NCBI GenBank assembly: GCA_034521815.1
Contig: JAXHLW010000013.1
Location: 800,001 to 864,000, forward strand
DNA length: 64,000 nt
Source of the DNA: Trueperaceae bacterium
Lineage (GTDB): Bacteria; Deinococcota; Deinococci; Deinococcales; Trueperaceae
Direction: 5' to 3'
Below the pieces are notes generated by a model. It saw nothing but the letters and a program-made list of their open reading frames with translations. It made no database searches and was not told where the DNA came from. Both the position numbers and the translations under genes were made by a program. This document shows, piece after piece, positions 47,259 to 57,566 of this stretch; positions within the stretch are counted from its first letter, which is position 1, and every line of letters begins with the position of its first letter.

Positions 47259-48395
47259 TCACACCGCGCGCCAGCCGCCGTTGCCGTCGGGACGCACCGA
47301 TCCCGCCAGCTCCAGTTCGGTCAACGCCGCGAGCGTGACCGACGCCGAGGCCGGCGGCACGATCAGGCGATCCAGCGAGGCGCCGTCGACCTCCTGCAGC
47401 AAGGAGAGGATCCGACGGGCCAGGTCCGACGACGCCGCGTCGCTCGCAGCCGTCGCCGGTCCAGCGCCGGCGCGACGGGAGCCCGGCTCCGAGCTCGGCG
47501 CCAGTCGGTAGTCGCTCAGCAGGTCGGTCGCGCCCCCGAGCGGCGTCGCGCCCTCGCGCAACAGCGACGTCGCCGCACGGCCGACCTCGCTGTCGGGGCG
47601 TTGCGGCACGGCGTAGACGTCGCGGCCCTGCTCGAGCGCGAACTCGATCGTGTGACGGACGCCGGACGCCGCCGGGGCCTCCACGACGACCAAGGCGCGC
47701 GCCAGGCCCGAGATCACCCGGTTGCGGCGCGGGAACGATCCCGGCCGGGCACGCACGTCGGGCGGGTGCTCGCTCACGAGCGCACCGCCGGCCGCGATGC
47801 GGTGCGCCAGCGCGCGGTGGGCGGGTGGGTGGAGGTGGTCGAAGCCCGCGCCGAGCACGGCGACGGTCCCCGCCGGATCGCCGTCCAACGCCCCTCGGTG
47901 GGCAGCCCCGTCCACGCCGAGCGCGAGCCCGGACACGACGGTGACCCCCGCGGACGCGAGGTCTCGGCCGAGCCGCTCGGCGAAGGACAGTGCCCACGGG
48001 GTGGCGCGACGCGTCCCGACGACGGCCACGGCGGGACGATCCGACGCCGGTCCGAAGGTGGCGGGAAGGCGGCCACGGACGAACAGGAGGGGCGGGGGGT
48101 CGTGCGTGGCGGCCAGCAGGCCTGGGTAGTCCGGGTGCTCGGGGTGGAGCAGCGCGTCGCACTCGGCGCGCCAGCGGCGAACGGTCGCGGCGGCCGATCG
48201 CAACGACGCAGGGGCGAACGCGGCCCGCAGCGCCGCGCCGGCGGCACCTCGGGCCGCGTCCTCGCGGCGTCGCACCACCGCCTCGGCGGCGACCCCGATC
48301 GTGCCGTGCTCGCTTCGCAAACGGGCGATCGTGCGCGGTCCGACGCGGTCGGCCGACGCCGCGGCGACGTACAGCACGGCCGGATCGTCGATCAT
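47259..48395 (-). CDS. dprA: DNA processing protein DprA
   Basis: PPPLLFVRG, AVVGTR, VVSGLALGVDGAAH, FPRRNRVISGL, VVEA; winged-helix end LTELELAG. Confidence 0.93.
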   Translation of the reverse strand: MIDDPAVLYVAAASADRVGPRTIARLRSEHGTIGVAAEAVVRRREDAARGAAGAALRAAFAPASLRSAAATVRRWRAECDALLHPEHPDYPGLLAATHDPPPLLFVRGRLPATFGPASDRPAVAVVGTRRATPWALSFAERLGRDLASAGVTVVSGLALGVDGAAHRGALDGDPAGTVAVLGAGFDHLHPPAHRALAHRIAAGGALVSEHPPDVRARPGSFPRRNRVISGLARALVVVEAPAASGVRHTIEFALEQGRDVYAVPQRPDSEVGRAATSLLREGATPLGGATDLLSDYRLAPSSEPGSRRAGAGPATAASDAASSDLARRILSLLQEVDGASLDRLIVPPASASVTLAALTELELAGSVRPDGNGGWRAV

Positions 48396-48510
48396 GCCGA
48401 CAGGCTAGCGACCGACGTGCCTGCCGGCGACGACGTCCGCGACGCGCGCCTATGAACGGTGGTCGGCGACCGGGTCCGCCTACGCGGACGCCGCGGACGA
48501 GGACGCGAGC

Positions 48511-49938
48511 TCAGCGAAGCTTGACGCGCGGCCCCTCGGGCGTGTCCTCGACCTCGATCCCGAGCCGCTGCAGCTGCTCGCGAATCGCGTCCGAGGTGGC
48601 GAAGTCGCGCCGCAAGCGCGCCGCCTCTCGCTGCTCCAGCACCATCTCGACCAAGCCCTCGAGCCGCTCGAGCGCCGCGCCGCCGTTCGACTGCGCGTCG
48701 CCCAGCTCGACGCCGAGCACCCCCTGCAACAACGACTCGAACGCGTCGGCGCCGTCCGCGGCCTCCGCCGGCGTGAGCGTCTCCATGCGCCGATTGGCCT
48801 CGCGCGCCAGCTCGAACAGCGCAGCGATGGCGCGCGGCGTCCCGAGGTCGTCGTCCATCGCCTCGGCGAACGCGCGCCGCGCTTCGCTCGCAAAGCCGTC
48901 CTCGCGCTCCGTATCGCCCGCCCGTGCGCGGAGCGCCCGCCAGGCGTCGCGCAGCCGGCCCAGCGCCTGCCGCGAGGCGACCAGCAGGTCCTCGCTGAAG
49001 TCCGACACGCTCCGGTAGTGGCTCCTGAGCAGATGGAAGCGAACCACCGCCGGCTCGTGACGATCGAACAGCCCCGCGAGCGTCACGAAGTGCCCTTTCG
49101 ACTTCGACATCTTCTCGCCGCCCAGCGTCAGCATGTTCCAGTGGATCCAGGTGCGCGCGAACGGCATGCCGGCACCGCGAGACTGCGCCAGCTCGCACTC
49201 GTGGTGCGGGAAGACGAGGTCCAGGCCGCCCCCGTGCACGTCGAACTCCTCGCCGAGGTACTTCGTGCTCATCACCGAGCACTCCAGATGCCAGCCCGGG
49301 AAGCCCTCGCCCCACGGCGAGTCCCAGCGCATCAGGTGCCCCTCCTCGGCCCGCTTCCACAGCGCGAAGTCGTGGGGATCGTCCTTGTCGCCGCGGACCT
49401 CGACCCGGGTGCCCTCCAGCAGCGCGTCCGGATCGCGGCCGGACAGCTCGCCGTAGTCGTCCCAGGCCGAGACGTCGAAGTAGACGTTGCCGTTCCGCTC
49501 GTAGGCGAGGCCGGCGTCGACCAGCTGCACGACCAGGGCGATCTGCTCGGGAATGTGACCGGTGGCGCGCGGAACCACGCTGGGGCGCCGCACGTTCAGC
49601 TTCGCCATCGCGTCGAAGTACGTCCAGAAGTACTTCTCGGCCACCTCCATCGGCTCGAGTCGCTCCAGCGCCGCCCGCGCCGCGAGCTTGTCCTCGCCCT
49701 CGTCCGCGTCGTCGGTCAGGTGCCCGACGTCGGTCACGTTGCTCACGAGCCGGACCCGGTACCCGCCGTGCTCCAGCCAGTTCCTGAGCACGTCGAACAC
49801 GACCGGCCCGCGCGCGTGCCCGAGGTGCGGCTCGGAGTACACCGTCGGACCGCAGAAGTACAGGCCGGCATGGCCCGGCGTCACCGGATCGAACGGCTTC
49901 GCGCTTCGGGTCTTGGTGTCGTACAGGGTCAAGGCCAC
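48511..49938 (-). CDS. cysS: Cysteinyl-tRNA synthetase
   Basis: CGPTVY, HLGH, DFALWK, PGWHLEC, HGGGLDL.FPHH, KMSKS. Confidence 0.97.
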   Translation of the reverse strand: MALTLYDTKTRSAKPFDPVTPGHAGLYFCGPTVYSEPHLGHARGPVVFDVLRNWLEHGGYRVRLVSNVTDVGHLTDDADEGEDKLAARAALERLEPMEVAEKYFWTYFDAMAKLNVRRPSVVPRATGHIPEQIALVVQLVDAGLAYERNGNVYFDVSAWDDYGELSGRDPDALLEGTRVEVRGDKDDPHDFALWKRAEEGHLMRWDSPWGEGFPGWHLECSVMSTKYLGEEFDVHGGGLDLVFPHHECELAQSRGAGMPFARTWIHWNMLTLGGEKMSKSKGHFVTLAGLFDRHEPAVVRFHLLRSHYRSVSDFSEDLLVASRQALGRLRDAWRALRARAGDTEREDGFASEARRAFAEAMDDDLGTPRAIAALFELAREANRRMETLTPAEAADGADAFESLLQGVLGVELGDAQSNGGAALERLEGLVEMVLEQREAARLRRDFATSDAIREQLQRLGIEVEDTPEGPRVKLR

Positions 49939-49994
49939 GGCCGGGATGCTAGCACGACGCATCGCCCGCGCCGTCGCCGGTGGTACCGTCCGGC

Positions 49995-50615
49995 GTGCCG
50001 TTCACCACCGTGGCCGACCGTGCGCAGGCCCAGCGAACCATCCGGGGGTCGCGCTTCCTGGCCGTCGTCGCGAGCGTCGCCGACCCGGACGAGGCCCAAC
50101 GCCTGGTCGAGGAGGCGCGCGCCCTCCATCCGGACGCCAGCCATCACTGCAGCGCCTGGCGCGTCGGCGCCCAGATGGCGGCGGACGACGACGGCGAGCC
50201 CGGCGGCACGGCAGGACGACCGATGCTCGAGGTGCTGCTCAAGCGCGACCTCGACCGGGTCGGGGCGGTCTGCGTGCGCTGGTTCGGTGGGACCAAGCTC
50301 GGTGCCGGCGGGCTGGTGCGCGCCTACGGAGGCACCGTGGCCCAGGCGCTGGACCTCGCGGGCGAGGTCATCGTCCACGAGACCGTGACCGCCCGCGTGT
50401 TCGCTCCCTATCCGCGCGTGGACGTGCTGCACCGCCTGCTGGACGGCTGGCCGGAGCTGCGCAAGGGCGAGCCCGTCTACGCTCCGAGCGGCGTCCACAT
50501 CCCGGTGACGCTGCGCGCCGACCGCTCGGGCGAGCTGTCGGAGGCCATCGCGGACGCCACCGCCGGCGACGCCGAGGTGACGCTGGACGAACGGCCGGAG
50601 CGCACCGACTCCTGA
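49995..50615 (+). CDS. YigZ/IMPACT family protein
   Basis: GSRFLA, HHCSAW, DDGEPGGTAGRP, RWFGGTKLGAGGLVRAY. Confidence 0.92.
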   Translation: MPFTTVADRAQAQRTIRGSRFLAVVASVADPDEAQRLVEEARALHPDASHHCSAWRVGAQMAADDDGEPGGTAGRPMLEVLLKRDLDRVGAVCVRWFGGTKLGAGGLVRAYGGTVAQALDLAGEVIVHETVTARVFAPYPRVDVLHRLLDGWPELRKGEPVYAPSGVHIPVTLRADRSGELSEAIADATAGDAEVTLDERPERTDS

Positions 50616-50656
50616 AACCGGTGCCTGAAGCCGATGCCTGAAGCCGGTTCCTGAAC
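50611..50656. repeat. 13-bp tandem repeat
   Basis: CCTGAAACCGGTG / CCTGAAGCCGATG / CCTGAAGCCGGTT / CCTGAAC. Confidence 0.8.
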
Positions 50657-50743
50657 GAGCCATGAACAGGCGGTGAACGCCCCGTCCGGCCCGACGGTCG
50701 TCCGCCGACCGTGCGAACGCAGCGCATCTGCCACCATGAGGTC

Positions 50744-51334
50744 ATGACACGGCGCATGCTTCTTCCCCTCGGTCTGCTCGTCGTCCTCGTGGTCGGCTGC
50801 CTGCCCAGCGCGCTCCAGGACGCCACGCCCGACGCGGCCGTCCTGGGCGTTCCCGCAGGCGACCGCGTTCCCGGCGCGGCCGACGGACTGCACGACCGAC
50901 TGGCCGCGGCGGACACCGGGTTCGACTTCGTGCCCGCCTCCACGCTTCGCTTCCTCGAGGTCCGCAGCGGCCTGGTGGGCAGCCGGGTGCGCCCTGGAGC
51001 GGCGCGGATCGCCCGCACCAACGGCGCCGAGCTGGCGATCACCATCGGGCCGGCGACGCTGACCCGCGAGCTCGAGACCGCCGGCCGGCTGCACCGCGAG
51101 CGCGTCGTGATGCGACTCGAGGTGGCGATCGTGCGGTCGTCGGACGCGACCGAGCTGGCCCGGCTGGCAGGTCCGCGCCTGGTCGGCGAGAAGACGATCG
51201 ACGACGAGGCGCTCCCGCCGCTGGACGACGATCCACTGGTCGCGTCGCTACGCGAGGAAAGCCTCGACGCTCTCGCACCCCGCGTGGCTCGCGAGCTGAG
51301 GACCCTCGCGATCAGCGGAAGTAGCGGCGAATGA
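50744..51334 (+). CDS. Hypothetical lipoprotein
   Basis: MTRR plus hydrophobic stretch plus VVGC lipobox; GC-rich third codon positions. Confidence 0.7.
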   Translation: MTRRMLLPLGLLVVLVVGCLPSALQDATPDAAVLGVPAGDRVPGAADGLHDRLAAADTGFDFVPASTLRFLEVRSGLVGSRVRPGAARIARTNGAELAITIGPATLTRELETAGRLHRERVVMRLEVAIVRSSDATELARLAGPRLVGEKTIDDEALPPLDDDPLVASLREESLDALAPRVARELRTLAISGSSGE

Positions 51335-52898
51335 TCTCGCGGTAGACGCCGGGTAGGCCCGCCTCGTCGGCGGCTCGCTCGGCCGCACGACCGTACGACG
51401 GATCGGCGGGCGCTCCCTCGGGTACGGCGGACGGCGCCTGGCCGCCCCCCCGCAAGCTCCCCACGCTCGGCGCGGGCCCTTCGCCCAGCGGACCGCCCAG
51501 ACGCTCGGCGGTGTCGTCGGGTCCGCCGAGAAACGGCTGCGGCTCGCCGTCCACACCGGGCTCGGCGCCACCGGCGTCGCCACCGGCAGCGCCCGCGTCG
51601 TCGCCGTCACGCCTGTCGGCACCCGCGGCGCCGGGGCCACCACCGGCGTCGCCCTCGCCCGACTCGAGGCCGCCGTCGCTCCCTTCGTCCCGACCGTCGC
51701 GCGCCGCGGCCTCGGCTCCGTCGCTGGGCTGGCCCTCGGGAACGCCGGCGCCACCCTCCTCGGGTCGGTCGCCTGCACCCTCGGCACCCGCGTCGCCGGT
51801 CTGCTCGCCCGCGGCCGTTCGCTCGCGCGCATCGCGACCGCCATCGTTCGGTTCGGCGCCGCCGTCCGAGCCCGCCTGGTCGCCCGCCTCGTTCCCGTCG
51901 GTCCGCTCGGACGCGCCGGCGTCCGACGCGGCCCCGGCCCTGTCGGGCGCGGCACCCTCGCTGGAGGAGCCGTCGCGGGGCGCATCCGTGCTGCTTCCGG
52001 GATCGGACGGGGCGCCACCGGTCCGCGGTGGGACGTCCTCGGACGGGGCTCGGCCAGCGTCGCTCGCCTGCGGACGGCCTTCCTCCTCGACGCGTCGCCC
52101 GGCAGGATCGAACGGGTTCGTCGGCTCGTCGGACGCGGGCCCTACGTCCCTCAGGTAGCGGTCGACCGCCGCCCCGCCCGTGGCCGACGCCTCCCCGCCG
52201 CCGTTCGCCGCGTCGCCGCCGGTCTCGTCTTCGTCGCGGGCGGCTGGCGTGTCGCGCGCGTCGGGGGGCGGCGCGGCGCGGTCGGACGAAGCGTCCGGGC
52301 GTTCCGGCGGAGCGACCGCGCCAGCGGCGCCCGACGGATCGGACGCGTCGCCCTCCGCGTTCGGCGCGGAGTCGCCGGGCCGACGCTCCGCTCCACGCGC
52401 GTCGGCCGCGGAGCCTTGGGGACCGGAGACCGACGGTCCGGGAATCGCGGCGAGCCAGGGCGACGCCGTGATCAGCAGCACCGCCGCGATCGCGGGCGGA
52501 AGCCACCAGCGCTGGGCAGCCGGCGGGTGGGCGCCACGCAGCCCCAGACGAGCTCGCTCCCGGCTCGCGGCCCACAGCCCGTGCGGATCCGGCCGCCCAT
52601 CGGCTTCGAGGGCGGTGTCGTACCCCAGACCGTGGCGAGCCCCGATCCAGTGCCGTGCCCAGGTCTCGCTACCTCGAACCGGTACGGCCGCCCCCGCGAC
52701 GGCGCCGACCGCCACCAGCGCCGGCGTGACCCAGGGAGACGCGCCCGCCACCACCCAGATGGCGCCGACCACCGCTCCCGCCAGTCCGGCCCACGCGCCC
52801 CGCTGGGCCCGCCACCGGCGCCGCCGACCGGCCGCGAGCCGAAGGTGCCAGTCCAGCTGGGGCGGGCCGGCCCGACGCCGACGTCCCGGCCGGATCAT
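51312..52898 (-). CDS. Membrane protein with long acidic low-complexity region and LP..YREIIRRYF terminus (DUF4175-like)
   Basis: Three TM segments, a G/D/E/A-rich disordered region, and a terminal LPGVYREIIRRYFR; ATGA overlap with the upstream gene. Confidence 0.65.
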   Translation of the reverse strand: MIRPGRRRRAGPPQLDWHLRLAAGRRRRWRAQRGAWAGLAGAVVGAIWVVAGASPWVTPALVAVGAVAGAAVPVRGSETWARHWIGARHGLGYDTALEADGRPDPHGLWAASRERARLGLRGAHPPAAQRWWLPPAIAAVLLITASPWLAAIPGPSVSGPQGSAADARGAERRPGDSAPNAEGDASDPSGAAGAVAPPERPDASSDRAAPPPDARDTPAARDEDETGGDAANGGGEASATGGAAVDRYLRDVGPASDEPTNPFDPAGRRVEEEGRPQASDAGRAPSEDVPPRTGGAPSDPGSSTDAPRDGSSSEGAAPDRAGAASDAGASERTDGNEAGDQAGSDGGAEPNDGGRDARERTAAGEQTGDAGAEGAGDRPEEGGAGVPEGQPSDGAEAAARDGRDEGSDGGLESGEGDAGGGPGAAGADRRDGDDAGAAGGDAGGAEPGVDGEPQPFLGGPDDTAERLGGPLGEGPAPSVGSLRGGGQAPSAVPEGAPADPSYGRAAERAADEAGLPGVYREIIRRYFR

Positions 52899-53494
52899 GG
52901 CGTCCCCCGTCCCCGCAGCCACGGGCCCGACGCCGCCACGACCGTCACGAGCGCGACCGCCAGGTTCACGGCGGCCGCCGCCGGCGAGGGGGAGGAGGGC
53001 AGCAGCCAGGGCAGCCACAGCGGCGGCCCGACCTGCACGTCGAGCCATGCGAGTCCGGCGACGACGAGCGGCGACGCCAACGGCAACGACCAACCCAGAC
53101 GGACGCGCCTCAAAGCGGCCGACATCGCCCAGGCCCCGCCGTACGCGCCGATGGCGAGCGGAAGCGGGACCAGCAGCGTCCAGACCAGCGAGGCGCTCGG
53201 AGCCGACCCCACGAACGCGAGCGCCTCCAGCGGAGCGGTCGCCACGACCGCCACGCCCAGGCGCGTCAGCGAGGCGCGCCGAGCCGGACGACCGGGCTCC
53301 ATCGCCGTTCCCGCCAGCCACCCCCAGAGCAGCAGGCCGGACGTCCGCACGACGGCGACGGGGTACCACGAGGCGTTCGCGAGGTCGGCCCGCTCGGGCC
53401 AGGCACCGATCAGCACGACCACGATCGCGGCCAGCAGGAGCGCCAGCCCCGCGTCGGCGCGTGGCAGGCGCAGGGTCACGGTCGCCGGCATCAT
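52895..53494 (-). CDS. Multi-pass membrane protein
   Basis: About 6 hydrophobic helices; overlaps both neighbours. Confidence 0.65.
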   Translation of the reverse strand: MMPATVTLRLPRADAGLALLLAAIVVVLIGAWPERADLANASWYPVAVVRTSGLLLWGWLAGTAMEPGRPARRASLTRLGVAVVATAPLEALAFVGSAPSASLVWTLLVPLPLAIGAYGGAWAMSAALRRVRLGWSLPLASPLVVAGLAWLDVQVGPPLWLPWLLPSSPSPAAAAVNLAVALVTVVAASGPWLRGRGTP

Positions 53495-54891
53495 GGCCGA
53501 CCCCGGACCGTCGCGGTCGCGGGCGCCGGTCCCGCAGCGTCGCCGGACGACGCCGCCGCGGCCGGCGACGGAAACAGCAGCCACCAATCGCCCCCGCTAC
53601 GGACCAGCGATCCTCCGCTGGGCACGAGCGCCCGCAACGCCTCGGGCGCATCGCCTCGAACGCCGGTCGCCTCCCGAACGTCGTCGGGCACCGTCACCAC
53701 CTCGGGAGCTCCACGGAGGCGCGTCCGTCCCCCCGCCGGAAGCGGAACGACGGTGCGCCCATCGGCCCAGGCAAGACGCCGAAGCTCCAGCGGCGCGAAG
53801 CGCCCGTCGAGCTCCGACGCGCCTTCGGGCAGCCGGGCCAAGGCGACCAGCTCGGTTCGCACCCCGAGGCCGTTCGACGCCAGGATCACGGCCCCGCGCG
53901 TGCGGGGCTCCGGGTCGGACGGCCCGGCGGCAGGCACCGCCACCGCCGCCGCGACGACGACCAGCGCTGCGCTGGCGACGCCCGCCGGCCCTCCGAGCCA
54001 CAACAGCGTCCACAGCAGCGCGGCGAATCCGACGGCCACGCCCGCCACGAGAAGCTTGGGGAGGTGGTCCCATGTCGGCGCCGGGAGCGCGGCCACGGCC
54101 GCGACGACGGCGGCGCGGCGTGCCTCGCGCCCCCAGGCGGGCACGGGCGTGGAGCTCAGGCGTCCAGCGGCCAGCTCGGCGGCCGGCACGCCCTCCAGCG
54201 ACCCCGCGCCGAGGGCCGACGGGCCGGGTGCGACCAGGCGCGTCAACGGGGCGTAGCCGGCCGGCCCTCCTAACGGCAGCAGCACGCGCACGCCCGCCGC
54301 GGCGGCCGTCACCACCACCGCATCGGCCGGAGCGGCCGCGGTTCCGTCCAGCAACAACGTCGCCACGCCGTCCCAGCTCGCCGCCCGTGCCGGTAGGTCG
54401 GCCGCGGTGGCGACGACGACGCGCGCCTCCGGTCCGAACGCGTCGGCCCAGAGCGACGGGCGAGCGGACACCACCAGATGGAGCGGTCGATCGTCCCGTT
54501 CCCGCGCGCCCAGACCGCCGCTGGCCAGAACCCGCTCTCCCTGCTCGATCCGCCACGACACGCGCCGCCAGCTCGGAAACGGAACGTCCAGATCGATCCT
54601 CTGCACGCCGCCCGCCGGGGCGGCCCTCGCCGTGACGCGTTGAGGTACCTCGCCGTGCTCCAGGCCGCCCGCATCGATCTCCATGCGGAGCACCGCGCCA
54701 GGAGCGTCGCGGACGACGGCGCGGACGGGGTTCCAGGCGTCCGCGACGGGAGCGCCGGCCACGCCCAGCATCAGCTCGGCCCGCGGCTGTGCGGCCACCA
54801 GCCCGGAACAGACCAGAACGAACGCGACCAGCGCGGCACGGACCGGCCACCACGACCGAGCGAGGCGACCGGCGACGACCAGGGGCGGCAT
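53491..54891 (-). CDS. Hypothetical exported/membrane protein
   Basis: Signal peptide, WNPVRAVV beta domain, DLPARAASWDGV..LLLD segment, two TM helices. TAGCAT lies 6 nt before the ATG. Confidence 0.65.
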   Translation of the reverse strand: MPPLVVAGRLARSWWPVRAALVAFVLVCSGLVAAQPRAELMLGVAGAPVADAWNPVRAVVRDAPGAVLRMEIDAGGLEHGEVPQRVTARAAPAGGVQRIDLDVPFPSWRRVSWRIEQGERVLASGGLGARERDDRPLHLVVSARPSLWADAFGPEARVVVATAADLPARAASWDGVATLLLDGTAAAPADAVVVTAAAAGVRVLLPLGGPAGYAPLTRLVAPGPSALGAGSLEGVPAAELAAGRLSSTPVPAWGREARRAAVVAAVAALPAPTWDHLPKLLVAGVAVGFAALLWTLLWLGGPAGVASAALVVVAAAVAVPAAGPSDPEPRTRGAVILASNGLGVRTELVALARLPEGASELDGRFAPLELRRLAWADGRTVVPLPAGGRTRLRGAPEVVTVPDDVREATGVRGDAPEALRALVPSGGSLVRSGGDWWLLFPSPAAAASSGDAAGPAPATATVRGRP

Positions 54892-54900
54892 GCCCCGATG

Positions 54901-56655
54901 CTACCGGTCGATGCTGGCCGACGCGCTCGCCACCGCGACGATCGCGCTCTCTACGCGCCGCGACAGCAGCCGGTTCACCGTCCGGCCGTCCGCGACCAGC
55001 GTCGCCGAGCTGCCGCTGTCCAGTCGCAACGCAGCGTCCGCCCGGAGCGACAAGAACAGCGGCACGAGATCCTCGGCCACCATCCGCTCGGCGACGACGA
55101 ACAGCACGGTGCCGTCGGCCCGCACGCCCAGCGCCGCCTGCTGGGTGGGCTCGTCGAGGATCCGCTGCCCACGCGCGAACCCCTCGAGCTCGGGGGCGAA
55201 GGCGGCCCGTCCGTTCTGGACCAGCATGGGACCCGCCTCGACGGCCCACGGCGACCGGTTCAGCCCGCCGGGGGAGAGGACGGCGCTGACCTCGACGTGG
55301 CGCCCGGGATCCACGAGCGCGAGGGGACGGAAGCCCGGATCGTACGCCAACGCCGATCCGTTCTCCGGTACGCGCTGTGGACCGACGACGTTGCGGACCA
55401 CGCGGCCCACGGCGTCCAACACCAGAACGCCGTGGCGAGACGAGCCGACCCGCGTGCCCTCCGCCGCGGACCACGACAACGGCTCGCCGTCCTCGAGCGC
55501 CACGTCGACGGCGGTGCGACCGTCGACCCGGACGATTCCGCGCGTCGATGGACGCGCGACCACGGTCCCGGGCGCCCCGAACGCCACCACGGCACGGCCG
55601 CGCGACGGCCATGAGAGGAGCGTGCCGCCGATCCGCCGCAGTCCGATCGCCGTGAACGTGTCCGGATCGAAGTACCCGGCGTTGATCGCCGCGACCGCGC
55701 CGTCCGCCCAGCCGGCCACGGTACGTCCCTCGCCGCTTCGGCCCACGACCCGTAGCTCGACCGCGCCGGGCGCGAGCTCGACGAGGTGGACGGTGGTCGG
55801 GCCGTGCGCGGCGTCCGCGGTGCGACGCACGTAGCGCACGCCCGGGGCCAGCTCGGTGCGCGTCGCCTCGTCACGCCGGCCTGACGCCGCCGGGTCCGAC
55901 GCAGCCCCGCCGTCGCCCTCCAAAGAGGCCATGGGGCCCTCCGGGACGAGATCGAGGACCACGCGAGGAGGCGCGCTCAACGGAAAGGCGTTCAGACGGG
56001 CGGGCGGACCGGTGACGCGGATGCGCGCGACGCGGTCGCCTCCGGCCGGGACCGCGACCACCGAGAGCTCGTCCGCGTCCAGGAGCGTGCGCGACGGCAC
56101 GAGCACGCCGGGAAGCAGGATCTCGGCCGGACGATCCGGCGCCAGCCGGGCGTCGCCTCGGGACGGCGCCAGCGTCGCCTCGTCCACGTCGGCCAGATCG
56201 AGCACCAGCCGCGTCGTCGAGCCGTCCAGTCCGGTCCGGATCCCGACGAGACGCGGTAGCCGCAGCGCTTCGGCCACCGAGGGAGCGACCTCGACCCGTC
56301 CATCCCCGTCGACGCTGGGCGCCGGCAGCGCCCAGCCGGTCGTCCAGCCGAGGCCGGCGAGGTAGCTGACCTCGGACCCGAACGCCTGGAACACGATCGC
56401 GTCGGTCGTGACGCGGGCGAGCTCCCCCGGAACGGTCAGCCAAGCGTCCTCGACGCCGCCGACCTCGCCGTCGCCGCCGACGGTGCTCGGGTCGGTCGGC
56501 GGCGCCGACTGCGCGGCGGCCAAGGACGCGGCGTGCAGCACGACGACGATCGTCAGCGCCAGCGCGGTGACGTGCGCGGCCAAGGGCCAGAGCGGTCCAC
56601 GTCGGCTCCCTCGTGCGTCGGGGGCGAATCGGGCGGACCGGGAGAGAAGCGTCAT
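54901..56655 (-). CDS. Phosphodiester glycosidase (NAGPA) family secreted protein with AMIN-like N-terminal domains
   Basis: AINAGYF, AGPMLVQNG, AALGV, ALRLDSGSSATL; TRLVLDL and PPRVVLDL AMIN-like motifs. Confidence 0.82.
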   Translation of the reverse strand: MTLLSRSARFAPDARGSRRGPLWPLAAHVTALALTIVVVLHAASLAAAQSAPPTDPSTVGGDGEVGGVEDAWLTVPGELARVTTDAIVFQAFGSEVSYLAGLGWTTGWALPAPSVDGDGRVEVAPSVAEALRLPRLVGIRTGLDGSTTRLVLDLADVDEATLAPSRGDARLAPDRPAEILLPGVLVPSRTLLDADELSVVAVPAGGDRVARIRVTGPPARLNAFPLSAPPRVVLDLVPEGPMASLEGDGGAASDPAASGRRDEATRTELAPGVRYVRRTADAAHGPTTVHLVELAPGAVELRVVGRSGEGRTVAGWADGAVAAINAGYFDPDTFTAIGLRRIGGTLLSWPSRGRAVVAFGAPGTVVARPSTRGIVRVDGRTAVDVALEDGEPLSWSAAEGTRVGSSRHGVLVLDAVGRVVRNVVGPQRVPENGSALAYDPGFRPLALVDPGRHVEVSAVLSPGGLNRSPWAVEAGPMLVQNGRAAFAPELEGFARGQRILDEPTQQAALGVRADGTVLFVVAERMVAEDLVPLFLSLRADAALRLDSGSSATLVADGRTVNRLLSRRVESAIVAVASASASIDR

Positions 56656-56742
56656 GGCGTGCAGGCTAGTCGCATCGCGCGTGACGTGGGTGAGAACGCC
56701 GCCATCGGGACGACCCCGCCGCCGCCGATAGCCGGCGCGACG

Positions 56743-57522
56743 TCAACCGGCGTGGAACAGCTCCAGCAGCGGCTCGGGATCGACCTCGCCGCCCACGACG
56801 GTGCGGAGCGCGGCCGCGACGCGGTGGGCCTCGACGTCCGCCCAACGGACGGTCGACGCCCCGGCGGCGCGGCCGTCCCGGCGCCACGACGGGTCGAGCC
56901 CGGGAGCGAGATCCACGATCGTGAGGTGAGGCCCCATCCGCTCGGGCAGCGGCGCCAGCAGGTCGGAGGCCCGCAGCACGGCGTCGCAACGCGCCATCAG
57001 GGCCGGCAGCGTCGGGTCCCGGACGGCCACGCCGCGGACCAGAACGCCGGCGGCCAGGTCGCGCACCGCGCGCTCGGCGGCGGGCGCGTCCTCCGCGACG
57101 ACCGTGATCTCCTCGGCACCGGCGGTCGCGAGCTCGCGCAGGAGCGCCCGCGTGCCGGCGTCGTCGCCGATCGCCACGATCCGGGCGCCGCGCGGCTCCC
57201 AGCCGGCGGACCGGAGCCCGTCCACCACGGCGCGACCTCCCACGTGGTCGCCCAGGGTCGCGTCGCCGGCGACGCTCACCGCGTCGACCGTGGCCTGTTC
57301 GTCGGCGTCCAGGGAGCGCCTGGCGACGGCGACGGCCGCTTCGCGACGGGCGTCCTCGCCGAAGACGAGCGCGCCCGCGAACCCGAGCACCGGCAGCGCA
57401 TCCACCGCAGCCGTCACCGACCCGATCGGCACCGACTGGAGCCAGACCCGAAGGTCGGGGTCGCGGTAGCGGGCGAGGGCACGAGCGGAGGGGCCGGATC
57501 CGAGCACGGCGACGAGCTGCAT
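56743..57522 (-). CDS. Shikimate dehydrogenase-like protein with degenerate motifs
   Basis: AroE-like layout (LGFAGALV, VDAV, RIVAIG...RAL...LATAGAEEITV, IVDL) with the key motifs altered. It has its own TATCCT -10 box. Confidence 0.6.
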   Translation of the reverse strand: MQLVAVLGSGPSARALARYRDPDLRVWLQSVPIGSVTAAVDALPVLGFAGALVFGEDARREAAVAVARRSLDADEQATVDAVSVAGDATLGDHVGGRAVVDGLRSAGWEPRGARIVAIGDDAGTRALLRELATAGAEEITVVAEDAPAAERAVRDLAAGVLVRGVAVRDPTLPALMARCDAVLRASDLLAPLPERMGPHLTIVDLAPGLDPSWRRDGRAAGASTVRWADVEAHRVAAALRTVVGGEVDPEPLLELFHAG

Positions 57523-57566
57523 GACGAGCAGGATACCCCGCCGCGGGCGTGCTACCATCCTCCGTC

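Noticed and set aside
50611..50670. CRISPR array (also considered for the repeats at 26.4-26.6 kb and 47.2 kb)
   Set aside because: Units are 13-18 bp, tandem, without unique spacers, and there are no cas genes.
57523..57566. T-box leader for thrS (also considered for cysS)
   Set aside because: The intergenic gaps are only about 45-55 nt and both genes appear leaderless.
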